From NCBI GenBank assembly GCA_043228905.1, contig JBHGNT010000014.1:18972001-19036000 (forward strand): a DNA stretch of 64,000 bases, written 5' to 3'. This DNA is from Azolla caroliniana (Eukaryota; Plantae; Polypodiophyta). This document shows, piece after piece, positions 25,420 to 40,084 of this stretch; position 1 is the stretch's first letter; every line of letters starts with the position of its first letter. The translations under genes and the position numbers were made by a program. Below the pieces are notes generated by a model. The model did not search any database. It worked only from the letters and a program-made list of their open reading frames with translations, and was not told where the DNA came from.

Positions 25420-28320
25420 TATATATGCATAAGACTTAATAAAGAAATTGGTCTCTTGAAAGGCAAGGGATTTTCAAAGTATAAAGGCTCAAATGCTCAA
25501 ATGGGCAGGAACGGAAGCACATGCATGGATGAGTGATATGTTTAATCTTGCATTGCAACATGGCATGCCCTACGATTGGACTACAAATTGGATCAAACCT
25601 TTACACAAAGGTGGAGATGTAATAATGTAAATAACTATTGAACCATCATGGTTGACTCCCCAATGTCAAACTATTTGGATGTTTAATGAACTCAAAGATA
25701 AGTTCATGGGCTGAAAAACAATGGTAAGAGAGCTTATGGATAGGCTGACTTTCGAAAATACCATGGTACCATTGATCACTTTGTCACCCTTTGAGTATTA
25801 ATGGAGGAAAGTCGCTTGAGAGGTAAAAGTTTATTTTGTTGCTTCGTACACTTAAAGAAAGCATTTGATATGGTACCTCGTGACCACCTTTGGAGGCGAA
25901 TGAAAGAACGCAAGGTGCCAAGTGAATATATGCTTGCAATTTCCCAAATCTAAGAGAAGGTTATCTGTTGTGTGTATAGGTGATAGACTTTCAATTTTTT
26001 TTAATAACACTATTGGTGTTAAGCAAGTATTCCCACTCTCGCCATTTGTTCTATGCATTGATGAATTGGAAAAAATAATTGTCAAGTTTGTAAAGGAAGA
26101 AGGCGTTGAAGAAGTTGCCATTGGGATTGTAGTCTTTATGCTTTTGTTATATGTGGATCATAGTACATAAAATTTGTGTTCGTCTAGCATAACATTCGTT
26201 TTCCTACGTTGGAAAACGAATGCGAATGTTATTCAAACATTTTTGTGTTTTTTTCCCATTTTTTTAATGTTCTTTTTTGTTATTTCCCATTTTTTAGGCT
26301 TATTTACCTCATAATAAATAGTTAATCCAAAAGTATGGTATTTATCATTCTTTGAGGGTGTTTTTCTTACGCGAATGTGAATGCATTAAGTGTCAATAGC
26401 TCTAAAACAAAGATTATGCTTGTGACGAGCCAAAATAAAGATAAACCACGCATTATGTACAATAATGAGCCACTTAAATGTGTGGAAAGCTTCAAATATC
26501 TTGGCCTTGAAGTTCCTTCAAATCATAGATGGATTGAATGTGCTACCAACCACTTAGAGGTGGGAAAGAGAGCATCTTATGCATTTTAGAACACATGCAA
26601 TCATGGAGATTAGTTGTTGAGTCCTCAAGAAATACCTTTTGGACACTTTGATGACGTTGGTGCTTCTCTATGGGGGTGGAAGTATGGGGTGGTAGCATCC
26701 CTAAATCCACTTGGAAAGAGTTTGAACATGTCCAAAATCATTTTCTTACAAAGTTTCTATTGCTTAAGAAACAAATGTCATACACCCTCCTCTTAATTGA
26801 GACAATATCACTTCCCATTGAGATCATGGCCATGGAAAGGGTTGTCGAATACATGCTTAAGGTTAAAAAAAGTCTCTCACATCGACTTCCTAGAATCACA
26901 TGGGTGATATGAATATGTAGCCGGCCACAACCGGTCAACACGTGCAAATGAGAGACACAAAGATCAAGACAACGAACAACAAACAAGACAAAGTAGAAAG
27001 TACAAAGACACAAATATTTTAGCGTGGAAAACCCTGAATGGGAAAAACCACGAAAGTCCACAAACTCCAAAATATATCACTATAGTAGGACGGAATACAA
27101 CAGGAGACACTAAGGCAACAATCTTGAGCTGCTCTTCAACTGATGACGGTTACAACAGAGATTCCTTACTCTCGCTCCCTCTCTTACTCCTCACTAGTTA
27201 CATAGTGTGATACACACTATATCTATTTCTACCTCAACATCCACACTTGTTCAACTACTATAACACATAATAACAACAATTTGCCTAACTATATTTATGC
27301 TCATATACTAATATATGATTATTTACAAATATAGCCCACAATAGGCACATTGAGGCTATTTACAAATATAGCCCTGAGTCAGCTTTGGCCAATTCTGCTA
27401 TTAGCCGAGTCGATTATCGATCAGTCGATTTTTCAACCTTAGCCGAGTTAGCTAACGACTGATTTGGCTTATCTTTTCAATCGGTGCTAAATCAGCTCCT
27501 AACAATCCAACTCCTTGTGCAATATCCGGATTTTGAATCAGACAAGCCGGCTATCATCCAACCCCTATTGGCTTTAGGCCGATCCGACTAGTTCTCCATC
27601 CCATTTGACTTGTGTTGTTCACATCCTGAGGGACCAGTTTTCCCAACAATGGGAAGCATGCAAATAGATCCAATTGACACATTTTGTATTCCAATTGGAT
27701 GCAAGATATGGAAAAATGGTTTGGTAAATGGGATGTAACACACGTACTTCATGATGTATCACTAGATTTCTCTGTAAATGAGGTCTTTTTGCAACTTCAA
27801 TGTATCATGACATGGGAAAAATGTAGAGGCTCATGCTTCACACATTATACTACACATGATGCATCTAACTACAAAACCACATTCTTCATCGAATGGGGAA
27901 ACCATACACATTGATACATGTTAAAGGCCATCCCATCGTCTGTTATCTGAACTGTTGCTTCCATGGGACTTACCTCACACATTGCGATGTGAGACGGGGA
28001 GTTGCGGCACAATTTATCAGAGTGGTCGACTATGTACACTTTGCACAAAACAAGTTCGGGAGTTTGAGTATCACACTTTGATGCAATGCCTTGTCTTTGA
28101 TAATATTCGACTATGTTTCTCACACTATCTTCAACTAAACCCAATCCTTGCACAAATTTCTCTCACAATCACAATGTGCTCTCAATTACAACATTCATTG
28201 GTAAAGTTCTTGAGCATCAAGAGTCACTACTCACATTCACATGTATTATGTGAAATGTAATATTTTTGGTCTCATAGGTCATATAAGACCTCGAAAGACA
28301 ATAATAGAACCTATCTATCT
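25420..28320 (+). mobile_element. Degenerate non-L1 LINE (RT to 3' end), interrupted by two insertions
   Basis: WIKPLHKGGD, FRKYHGTIDH, CCFVHLKKAFDMVPRDHLW, GVKQ..PLSP, LLYVD, VNSSKTKIM, VESFKYLG, HTLRCETG..RLCTLC..EYHTLMQC; (CTAT)n tail at about 28310. Confidence 0.88.
26905..27648 (-). mobile_element. Solo LTR (744 bp), probably Ty1/copia
   Basis: TG...CA termini; TSD ATGGG at 26900-26904 and 27649-27653; the host LINE frame (RITW|EAC) resumes across it; GGGTTTTCCACG U5-type motif on the minus strand. Confidence 0.88.
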
Positions 28321-28529
28321 CTCCTCCCCCCCTTGATGATTGTGGATATTATTAATGAAATTATTTAAGCTACAAATGTTCAATGACGAGTATCACACAC
28401 ATTAATTATTTGGTTATACGCTCATGAACAAAATCTTCTTTTATACATGGATTGAAATTGTCATTAAGGATCACACAATATATAAAGCGTGGTGTATATC
28501 AATAAAGGAATAGTGAATGAGAACATTGG

Positions 28530-30717
28530 TCATTCTAAGGCTGAAGTATGAAGTTGATGATTCATAAAGTTCCAAAGGACAGATTGTAACCCATCATCAG
28601 ATGAAGAAATTGGCACTAATTGATGATCCCACAATGGATAATTAGCGTTGGTATGTTGTTGATTAACACCATTGATCAAGTTGTGATAATAATTAAGGCC
28701 TTGATTAAAGGAGTGATTTGTGGGGACATTGGTTGATGACGATCGAGATTCTTCTTTGGAACATACATCAAGTAAATGAGGGATTTGATTAGTTCCCAAT
28801 GCAATAATATTCTCACATAATGGTTCAATGTTTTCATGATGGATCATCATGGGTTGATAATGAGTAAGAGGATTCATGACCATGGCATTATAATCACAAT
28901 GTGTAGTAGAATCATTGGTTGATGAATTTATTGAGGTGGAATCATGTGAACATGAGCTAGAACCCAATATAAGTTGGTCGTGATTGGAACCTACACCATT
29001 GTCGATGAGATTGGTGTTAAATTTGGTTGATAATTGCTCATTAACTCTCCTTGTGCTCCTTGTGTATGAATGCCAGAAATTCTTGACATCGTTGTCTGTC
29101 CTCCCAGGCAAGTAGGAGGCTATCTTAGACCAACTGCAATCAATGTTAATACAATTTTTAATATATCATTTATATAATAAAAAATTCTCAACTATATTGT
29201 GCATCTCATAATATGGTTTAAAGCCTTTAAGTTACAAACATAAATGCACTTGTCATGCATTCATTAAATACGAGCACAAATAGGTTGATTGTATGTCATG
29301 TATCTTACAACAATGCCATCATATACGTACTTGTAAGTTACATGTATATGATGGCATTGTTGTGGACTATTTCCACTTGTTAAATAACTTAAGATAACAT
29401 CATAAACTTCAAACAATGTGTGAAAAATACAAACAACTAGGAGTTGGTGGGTTGAATAGTGTTCGAAATCATCGCTAGGGAATCTAGTATGTTTGTGCAT
29501 GTGTGCACATGGGTTGTGTCCTTATAACATTGCAGCGTGGTATTGCTTGTGCTTTACCTATCAAATATCTTGACTTAAAATATTGTGCAAAAATGGAATG
29601 TGAATGGGAACTCTCTGTGAGTAGAAGTAATAAAACCTTCTACCTCATTTGTTCACTAATTCCCAACACATTNNNNNNNNNNNNNNNNNNNNNNNNNNNN
29701 NNNNNNNNNNNNNNNNNNNNNNNNNNNNNNNNNNNNNNNNNNNNNNNNNNNNNNNNNNNNNNNNNNNNNNNNATATCGAAGATGAGGAGCATATCACAAT
29801 GCAATGTGAAGAATTCACAACGGTCATATGACAATGCTTCCTACCACCAATTACCACATGCACCAACGGTACAAAGTTTCTTGAAATAAAAAATCCCAAC
29901 CCCAACTCTTCAACATATACTTTTTGTTTGAGCATATGAGCAACATTAGTAAAACATGGCATGGTCGCATTCTTTGCGCCACCAAAAAATATTCTTGTAA
30001 CCTTGTCTTTTGGATCTCATAGGTCATACTTTGGAGTCTGGACCTCACATAGAATGACAAAATATTTTGAGTTTAGTGTGTATGCCTCCACTCTAGAGAG
30101 GTAGCATTGAATGGGCTACATCCATCCATGCAAAATATCGTCATTGTGAGCCCTCTATCTAACATATGTAGGAATGTGATATGATTCTCACCCCATAGAA
30201 CACCCACCCCCAATTTAGTCCTAATAGTAGTGTTCCCTCAATTTCTTTCTCTCTCTTTTGTATTGAAGTTGTATTCTAATGGAAAGCCATATATTTTACT
30301 AACTTACGCAACAAAGCTAAGCGTTAAATCATAATATCAGTACTACTTTGCCAACTGCTATTACGGGATGGCTTGTTAAACTAGTATGATCATGTGAGTG
30401 TCATACTCAAATTTCCACCAAGAAGGGTGAATACATATGTGGATGCATTATTTTCACATTGAGTGTTTTTACTACAAAGTAGTAACCCCCATTCATATGG
30501 AGAAGTCACATACAAGATGGTATGGTGATTTGGCCCCATAGGTCAAATTGGCCTCATCATGGACAATAAAGTGTTTATTCTATTTTGTTCTATATCTCTC
30601 AAGTTCGTAAAAGTTGTGTATATTGAAAACAATCATAAAACCCTCATTGTCCCTATTGGAATAATGAGGATGTTATAGCAAGCTAATCTCTTAGAGGTAC
30701 TATAGAGGTAGTTGTAA

Positions 30718-30796
<79 letters not shown>

Positions 30797-31418
30797 CAAC
30801 CAAGCCTATTGATTGTATTCAACCATATCTCATTACTAACATGAGTATTAACTCCCGTAGAGACCTCACACAAGCTCAGTATTGAAATTGTATTATGACA
30901 TCAAATTTTGTCAAATATAAAGACATGTAAGGTATGCAAGGAAGGGCTAGTAGAGGATGAGTATCATTGGCTTTTTACATGCTCAATATATGGTGCAATT
31001 CATGAAAGCTATGATGACATATTCAGTTGGGGTGATAACTTGAGTGTCACACTAAAGAGAACACCTGGAAGGTTGAGCTCATATGTGTATGCCTTAATTC
31101 ACACATTGAGACTTTGTGATTAAACTATGAGTAACCCTTCGTAGGAAGGAGATCCTCACCAATATAACGTTACTCAAGCCCCATGAATTTATGGACGTAA
31201 AATGTGTGTGAGAGAGTGAGAGAAACATTACTTACAATGGGTGTGACAATGATAACCATCCAAGAGACTCAACAAGACAATGATACAAAAGATTAGTAGA
31301 CACTTGTAACAATGTGATCGGGCTCGTAAACACCAATCAATCCATGGTTGTTCTCCTATTTGTAAAGGTAGGGGACCTTGCATCAATGCAATATTTTGTA
31401 GTTGTTGCCAAATAAACC

Positions 31419-31482
<64 letters not shown>

Positions 31483-34400
31483 CTGAAAGGTATTCTCACG
31501 TGGAAATTTTGGATGCTAGAGCATGCGGGGATCATTTCCTCAAATGCATATTCAGGTTTTTTAATGACATTACAGGACATCCCTCTCCTTACATAGGCAT
31601 ATGATAGGTAGAGGAGACTAAGAAATGTTGTAACTAAGTGTATTTTACATACAATTAATATAATTGTGTGCTTTTACCAAAGAGGGAAGTGGTGTATATA
31701 CTAAAAGACGAAAACACAAAGAAGTTCTCATTGTCCCTACTATAATTGTGAGGATCATATGAAAGGATGAACACTTCAAATCACTCGAATTGTAGATATT
31801 CAAGCGTAACCCTATATGATGGGGAAAATGAAACTTTGGTTCTCTAACTAGGGTTTCCCATAAGCAGCAAGATTGAATATCAAAGAGAATTCTAATGGTG
31901 ACTCTTGTATAGGGTTATGAAAAAGAGAATTATAATGATAATGGGTTATAAAGTGATCATGCAATCTTTGCCAACTAATGATGCCCAAGATTGTGGCTAA
32001 TATATTAGATAACATGAGGATACAAAAAATGTTTGTTGACTAACCCTACAACAATAATGAAGATCATATCATCAATTACCACACGTCTACAACTCAAATA
32101 CACTACCCTACACCTCTAAGAATTGTACTAATTTAATACATGCCACTACATAAAATATAGGTTGAGTGCATGTCGTTATCAAATAACCTCACTAACAAAT
32201 ATATGTCCATGTTTGTGTGTATTTGTGTGTCTCACATATACACATATAGAGAGTATCGGCTATGGTAAATTCAACAAATAATGATAAACCTAGAATGCCC
32301 GAGTGAGAAAATCTAGCTATATTTTGGATCCAGTGTGTATTTTAGTAATCAATGGAGAGGTTATAAGTTTTAAGAATCTCTATTATGAAAATTGCAAGGA
32401 ATCAATCGTGGTCAAATTTTCTTATTCTAGCGTCAAAATTAGAGTCAATGCTAGATGCAAAAGACAAAGATATTATAGTGATTATGAATTATACTACTCA
32501 AAGTCATAAAGAGTAGGGAGTCTTCTATTCATTATAGTGAGGAGGCTAAGCTCAACACATTCAAGATGCACCTAGCATGTTTGGGTACGCGCTCGAAAAT
32601 GTGCATTCATGTTGCCTACTTTTGCACCAATGTGGTGCCAAATTCTTAACGATGACTTCAACATCAATCATGCATCCTCAAATTATCCCAGAAAGGATGA
32701 TACACAATGCTCTCGCCCTGAGATATGAGATTGTTGTCTTGGGGCAAACAATAATGAAACATTGAAACCATCTCCCTTTAATGGAGCAAAAATGGATGGC
32801 CCCACATAACACATATGTGGTAAATATTAAAGGAAGTTACAAACTACTAGTTATCTTAGGCTCATGGAAAGTCAAGCTACGAAGGTGTTCAATTAGTCCT
32901 TGATTTTGCATATATGTGAAGCATAATGGTTAGAATGTGTTGATATGTCACCATTGTGATTGCATTATTGCAAGATGATGAATTAAGTTAGATGTGCTCA
33001 AATGAGTTTGATGCTAGTAACTAGGACATGGGGACAGTCAAGAAATCATAGTCAAAAACTAAATTAAAAATCGCCCGAGGATACATTGAAATATCGAGCA
33101 AATGTCAAATAGATCATTTGTAAGTAGATTCACTTCTACCCTACTATATTAAGCACTCAAGAGAGTTGGAACCAACATTTAAGAGAGTAATGCATCAGTT
33201 ATCACAAAGAAGTCATGCATGGAAGGGTTATTCCATACATATGCCAATAACGATGTGAATCTATTATCTTGAGACCAATATAGTATCTCTAGATGCTCCC
33301 AACTTCTATCAAATAGTATCTCTATGAGCTCCTTTGCCCTTGGTTGTATGTATGCTCATAATGAGATTAAACATTTGATGAGATGCACCTTGGAAGTGCA
33401 CCAATAAAGAGAATAAAAAGCATTGGTTTTAGTAAACCTCTTTACAATGATTCTAAAACTAGAAAAGCTATAGTGCATAACAAGGTATCTACTTTAAGAA
33501 TGATTAAATATAATCCCAATGCAAAAGCAAAGAAATTGTCCTATTTCAACAAGCTAGAAGTAATTTTGCATATTGAGAATGCAAAGGGGATAAAATTAGG
33601 AAACTCCACTCAAAACAAATTGGGCAAGCAAGATTGTTCAAGGTCAAACATGCTTGCTCAAAATTATCTAAAGGGATATTGAGTTCATAAATTACACTAA
33701 AAAAGAATATGGTGATCCATAAGAAGGAATTAAGACCAACTTGCTCAAAATGATTGCCCTAATTAGTGATCTTAGATGATTAGGAAGAGATACATTGGAC
33801 CAATGAAGTAGAAGAAATTTTAGGCACTTGATATTATGGACATTGATCAATATGGTGTGATAGTTCTCAAGTAGAGACCAACTTAACCAAGAAACAACCT
33901 CAGGGTAAATTGGGCATTGCACAAAAAAAAACGAATGAAACAATAGATGAGTGGATTACGATAATAAAACAAAGTTGTGGAGTGTTCATTTAATTATAAG
34001 AGGGTAAACAACATGCAATATAAGAAGATTGAGGGTTTTGATCATTGATCGAACATAAACTTAGTCATAAACTTTTAAATGGTTTCCATGGCCATTTGTT
34101 CCTTTGCAATGCAACTTGTCTAATGCAATGATTATGCCATGAGAACATCTCAATCAATTCTGGGCTAGAGAGGACCGTGACGCAAATTATAGCTATCATA
34201 GAGATGATTACAAAAGGGATTAGAGTTGTTGCAACAAAATTGTGTGACTTAATATGATCATATCATTTCGCCAATGAAACAAGATAAAATGTGAATAATC
34301 GAACGAATTTAGTGTATAAGTAGAAAAGTTTGGTAAAAAAAAGGTTACCTATTGCCAAGAGTCTTGTGAAGCTTTACGATGAGTCGAATTTCGTCGGCAC

Positions 34401-35052
34401 AAAATTTGCCACGCTTGAGGTCAGGACGAAGATAGTTTAACCAACGAAGCCTACAACTCTTCCCACACCTTTGGAGCCCTACATAAGTTTCAATAATTCA
34501 TTTTCTTTCTTGACCCTAATAAATATCCATGTTTTCACTTTATTTGTTTAGTAACCTTAACATTACTTTTCATAACTACATTAGTATTTAGTACATTGTT
34601 AGGGACATACTTAAGCTTAGATATTACTATTAACCAATATCATGGTTTATAACCCATTAATTCAAACATTGACTATTAGCTTTAAATGTGTTTTAACTAT
34701 TCTCAATCTTAATGTTATTTATAGGTATCTCATTAACCTATTACAATTTGGGGGATCAAGTTGTCATTAGACATGGTGCATTTCCAGCTCAAACCTCATT
34801 TGTAAACAAATAGACCCTAAGCAATTGGAATGTGCCTAATAACATTGGCACACATAATACTACAATAATGTTATTGTTTTCAAGATTGTCATTGGACACA
34901 TGGAATATATTACACATTTTGTATTGGCATCAAAATAAGGTATAGTGATTACCAGCATGCTTAGCCACATCACTCCAATTGCCATAGCCATGTTGGGCTA
35001 CATAGGTTTTGAGCTTAGCATCCTCATCTGGGGACCATAAGCTTTTCCTCAT
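28530..35052 (-). CDS. R2R3-MYB transcription factor, 277 aa. Exons: 35052-34953, 34478-34349, 29133-28530
   Basis: [27 protein letters not shown] | [33 protein letters not shown] | [20 protein letters not shown]. Canonical 130-nt exon 2 and compatible phases. Intron 2 spans an assembly gap. Confidence 0.92.
29673..29772. other. Assembly gap (100 N)
   Basis: Run of n characters. Confidence 1.
29773..31200 (+). mobile_element. Three short non-L1 LINE 3' fragments (about 29773-30060, 30390-30595, 30860-31200) in MYB intron 2
   Basis: [11 protein letters not shown]; [19 protein letters not shown]; shared 3' motif TTGG.CYCATAGGTCA...GRCCTC. Confidence 0.7.
30724..30792. repeat. (CT)n(AT)n microsatellite
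   Basis: Read directly from the sequence. Confidence 0.95.
31420..31477. repeat. (AG)n microsatellite
   Basis: Read directly from the sequence. Confidence 0.95.
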
Positions 35053-38000
35053 GATAAATATGGTTAATTTTTTTTATAGTTCTTTTTATTATATATTGGA
35101 TTTAGGATTACACAAAGAAGGACCCAAAGAGAGAAATGTGCAATATGGGGGGGGATTTAGAGGAGGGATCATAAACTTGAATTACATGGTTGAATGAGAT
35201 AAAGATTGATTGGTGGACAAGATTTTTATGTGCGTCTAAAGAAGACTTGGGAGTAAGATTGATGTGTGTGTATGTGGGGGCAAATTATCAATACCTCACC
35301 CAAAAATTGTGTGTAAATGGGCACATCTATGTGCACATCTATGATCTTAGAGAGTTAGACCTCGCGCCGATTTCTCAGATGGTGTAGTATTGTCATCAGT
35401 TGTGAAGTCCCCTGATTAACTAAAGGAAATTTTATTAATCAAAGGCAAAAGGAAAGATGGAGATGGAGATGGAGATGAGCTTTACCACTATTCCTCCTCT
35501 CATTGCAATGCAAAAAATTAAATCAATGAAAGAAGTCGTGGAGTATGGGGAGAGCGGGGGGCATTGAGGAGACTAAGTAGTCCTTTTGTTTTTTGTTTTG
35601 TTGTTTTCTTGCCCATTTGTCTCATAGATATGAAGAAAGGGTGAGCCAAATCTCAGTCCTTTCCACAGTCTTTTGTCACATCACGTAGCCACATGCATTC
35701 AAGAGAACTTTCTTGACATTGCACGTTGGAATATCGATGCACATGTCTTACATATTTTAGAGAAGCATGTCTCCTTTTAGGACACTTTCACATGAATCCC
35801 CATAACACGACTCTCATACGTGAAATGTCTCTTATGCATCCGATTAGATTCCCTCTAAAGCACTTCCATCGACACACTCCGTCAAAGTACTCACAACTTT
35901 ACTATCCTCTCGTAATTACATAGGTTTGTAAGTTCTTTTCAAATGATAAATAAATGTATAGTTCTTCAAATCATATAACTTGCATGTATCCATCATGCAT
36001 ACATGAATGATCTATAGAGACCAACATCAACGAACATACACTTAATTTCCATTTAAGACTAAAGTTTATAGAGACATGTATCGATTGACCATACTCTAAT
36101 CAAAGGGGGAAGAAAAGTTAAATTTGCATTTAATTAGCGTCCACTCGTTTCTAATATGAACACATGCTTACTGATGTTTGAAGTGCCATTTCCGTTAGAG
36201 TAAAGTAATTCAACCATTGAAAAGTAGTGATTCCTTTCATGTAACTATAGAAAAACAAATCGTTTTGATAAATATGTGATAAAATAGATCGATATATTTT
36301 TAATATCCATTGAAGACCGATTGAGATCTATAAAATACTCATTATTAAGGTGAAATTTTGCCCGATAGCTCATTGCCATGATTATGATATTTTCGATTAT
36401 AATATACTTTGAATGATGCATACCAATATGAATTGACAAGTTATGGTTATAATGAGAAGTTTCTAAGCATTCAAATTACTTAAGGGACAAACACATTCCT
36501 TTACCACGGAGTATCGAAAAAGCTTCAAATATATATATATAGTTCACGAAGGAGGCATTGTGTGCTAAACCACTAAATGGCAAACGATTGCCTTCGACAA
36601 ATAATTGGTTATCGATTCAAGAGCTACATTATTCAATTTCAGAAATTCAAATAAATAAACTTGATGCCTTGTCATCTTAAGATTGTGGGCTATATATCAC
36701 GGGCTATGGGTTTGACGTTGATCTCATTAGCACTCTTTGTAATTTTAGTTGGAACTATTCGTAGTTCTACTTTAAAAAATCATTACGCTACTCCCAAAAA
36801 CATGACTTTATAAAATTGTCATTGACATTTGTTTCCATGATATAAGGTGTGTGAAAACGGTATGTGATGGCAATGCTAATAAATATGTGATGGTGTTAAT
36901 GAAGGAAAGGAATTGCATGAAATAAAATTGATTTCCCTCACTATTCAATTTTCCAAGGGAATATGCAATGTGTAAATATTGTAGGAAGCCAACCAATGTA
37001 GAACATCATAAGAACTACCAATGTTTTTTCATTCAATCATTTTCAATGTTTGAGAATCATTAGTAATGAATGCATGTGCACTCCTCTAAAAGTATATAGA
37101 GAAGCATGTGAGACGAGTGTCAAAGTATACAACAAGTGCCTACTCTCCCAATAAGCCAATATTCATCTGATTTTTCTTTCTTGATTGCTTTTGTCATGAG
37201 ACCTAGCAATATTTAACACATTCATAGCTAACATACAATAAATTTAGTAAGCAAAAATTTCTCGACAATTAAAAGTTGTGCCTTGTTTTAACTCATTACA
37301 TTTGTTCCCAACTGATGAGATCAGAATCCTCTTTTTCGACAAAGATATTGCTTGAGCTTTACAACTAATGTTAAAGAGATTTGTGTCATCTACATGTGTG
37401 CAATTTATCTTGCATTGTAAACATATGTGGGTCCACAGGAAGTACATTATCGACATTTAGTGATAGGCATTTGCATCTTATTTCAACTTTCCATTGTTTT
37501 TGCTGAAACACTAGGGGTAAAAATGATTTATATGCATTTTTGTCAATTTGGGAATCAAATCATACCTTCTATCACAATTAAATATGTAGAATTGATGAGC
37601 TAAATATTTGTTTCACTTCACATGCTTGTTACATCATCTGTATGCGTTGTCTATGTTCAAAGTAGCGTGACCACACACAAAGGTTCTTTTTCAAAAGGCC
37701 TTTATATTCTTAATCCATGAGAGAATACACAGGGCCATACATTCAACGTCTACACTATCAAAAGAACCGAAAAATCCAAGGACATGATTTTCTTAAAAGT
37801 ATCAAAAACGAAAACTTCTTCATATCTAGGGTCGATTGTCTCTATCTTCTAATCTTAAAATATTGTGTCGTTTCCAGGTGTGTTACGTTGACTACATATT
37901 TTGCTCTTCATCAGAGCTCTTATCTCCCTACTGAGGCCTCATTATAGGCTTGGATCACCATTTACCCATTTGTTAGAGAAATGGGTAACACTGGTTGTCA

Positions 38001-40084
38001 ATCACTCTTAAGTAGCTAACAATATTGTGAAATTAACTAAGAACTTAGTTTGTTTGACTGCTTCCATCAATCTAAACTAACCAACTCATACTAGAAGATT
38101 AGTGTAAGGGTTAGAGAAAAGTGCTCAAAACTAGAAGTACGTGTCTCTGAGAGAGATAGAGAGACATTGTAGTTTAAATCTTGAGAACAAAGAAACCAAA
38201 ATAAGCCCAAAACATCGTTTTAGTTTTTCATTGCTCTATCAAACCTTGCTTACACGATTCTACTCCCCCAACCTAATGAGTGCACACTACTGGACATCAC
38301 ATGTTCCTCAATGAGCCAAAGTTCACAAACTAGAGGGAGAAGAGAGGGGTTGAACGAGCGTTGGATGAGTTATGGATGTCATCCAGCACGGGAATCGAAA
38401 ATAAGATGTGTAATGTGTAGTCAACAAGTGCGAGATTTAGGTGAAAAGAAAAGGTATTATTGGAGATGGAGGTGGCAAGTGAAGGGGCAAATCAATGGTA
38501 GCTAGATTTCTTGCATGAATGTGATTACTACAATCAATACATTCATATAGGATGCAAACCAATGGCCTCTAACATGGGGGGCAAACATTAAGGAGGGTTA
38601 CATCTATAGCTATACAACGCTATAGATTGTGTATCAAGAATGATGTCAAACCCTCATTGAACAATGACATAGGATATAATTCAATCATTTGGCACATATG
38701 TAAATACTCAAAGAGAGGTGTGATTAATGAGAGTTAGAGCAATGTCAAGAACAAACAATCTATCACTTGCAATACATCAATGTAAAACATAATTTGTTGA
38801 TGAACCTAAGAATGCATACTAACATTAACCTAAGCATGGGCATGAGTACTAAACTTAGTGTAGTATTAAGAAAACATGAGATGAGACAAAATTGCTCATC
38901 GAGATTTAGGCCAAATCCACCCAGATGTGAAAGGGAACAACCTTTTCAAAGTGAGATATAAAAGTGACTTTGGTAACTTTTTTTCCGAAGAACTTTTGTG
39001 ACTTTTTAGCTCTTATTCTTGATTTTTGAGTTTTCCCTTCTCCACATATTCTAAGATAGAGCTCTCTCTCTTTTCTTTTCTTTTGGAGCAAAATCCTCAA
39101 TGTAGCATCCATGGACTAGAAAAAAGTAATACAACAAATATTAGAAGTTCCTAACACTATCACCTCAAGCATTCTCCCAGATGCCATGTTCATTCACTAA
39201 AGCATGCCTTAGAGTTTACATCCTTGTGAATGCCTTCCTGTCACCCTATGATGATCCCGTTGGGATGACCTTAAGCACATTAAACTTTACGGTTTTGACA
39301 ATGGCCTACACTCTGCAATGACAACTTCATCGCCTTCCTTCACTCCAAACCAAGGCCAGGCATGAGCAAAAAGATTGGAATGCCTCTTCTCATACCTTTG
39401 GTACTTCATCACAAAGAGCAAATACTCCCTTCAAACAATTATTGCCCTTTTCATTTTGGTGTTGTTAACTGTCTCAGTTAAGATACGTCCCCTTATGGAC
39501 ACGTTACTAGTGAAGGGCACTTGTCGATATAAGTCCCTTCAATTGCTTCCCTACGTATCTTAAACACTAGCACAACGTTCTGCTAGAACTGGTCTGCACA
39601 ATTTCCGGGTGCCTTCCCCTTTCCACCAAACTTACTAATGATGAACCTTAGGTTATTAAAGAAAAGCATTATATATATCCCAATTGTGTTTCAATCCCCA
39701 ATATAATAAAACTTGGAACGATATCTCCAACTCATCATTTGGACCATTTCTTTTCCCATATGACTCGTCTTTGTAAAAGCTCCCTCAAGTGCATTCCAAA
39801 CATTTTTTTGCTATATTTTGGGCCCCAATTTGCAAGGTTCAAGGCATTTGCATTATTTTTATAAACTTTCGTCATTAACCATATGGAAAACATGCCCAAA
39901 TGACCTAACATTTATTTCTCAAACCTCTCACGACATTTCCATTTTCTCTACATAATTTTCTTAACTCTCTCTCCTTACACAACACCTACACCCACACCCT
40001 TCATGTTTGGATCATATCTCTAAAACACCATTCTTGAGTACAAGAAAGACAAGTTCAAACTTGTCAAATCTCCAACAAGTATCA

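Noticed and set aside
32560-34200. Possible ancient hAT transposase remnants in MYB intron 2
   Set aside because: Only faint motif echoes (GAKFL, CHH..IALLQD) in different frames; not supportable by eye.
35100-40000. Numerous 60-100 aa ORFs in the ORF track, here and antisense to genes and TEs elsewhere
   Set aside because: No motifs, splice-consistent structure or coding-like composition; such ORFs are expected by chance.
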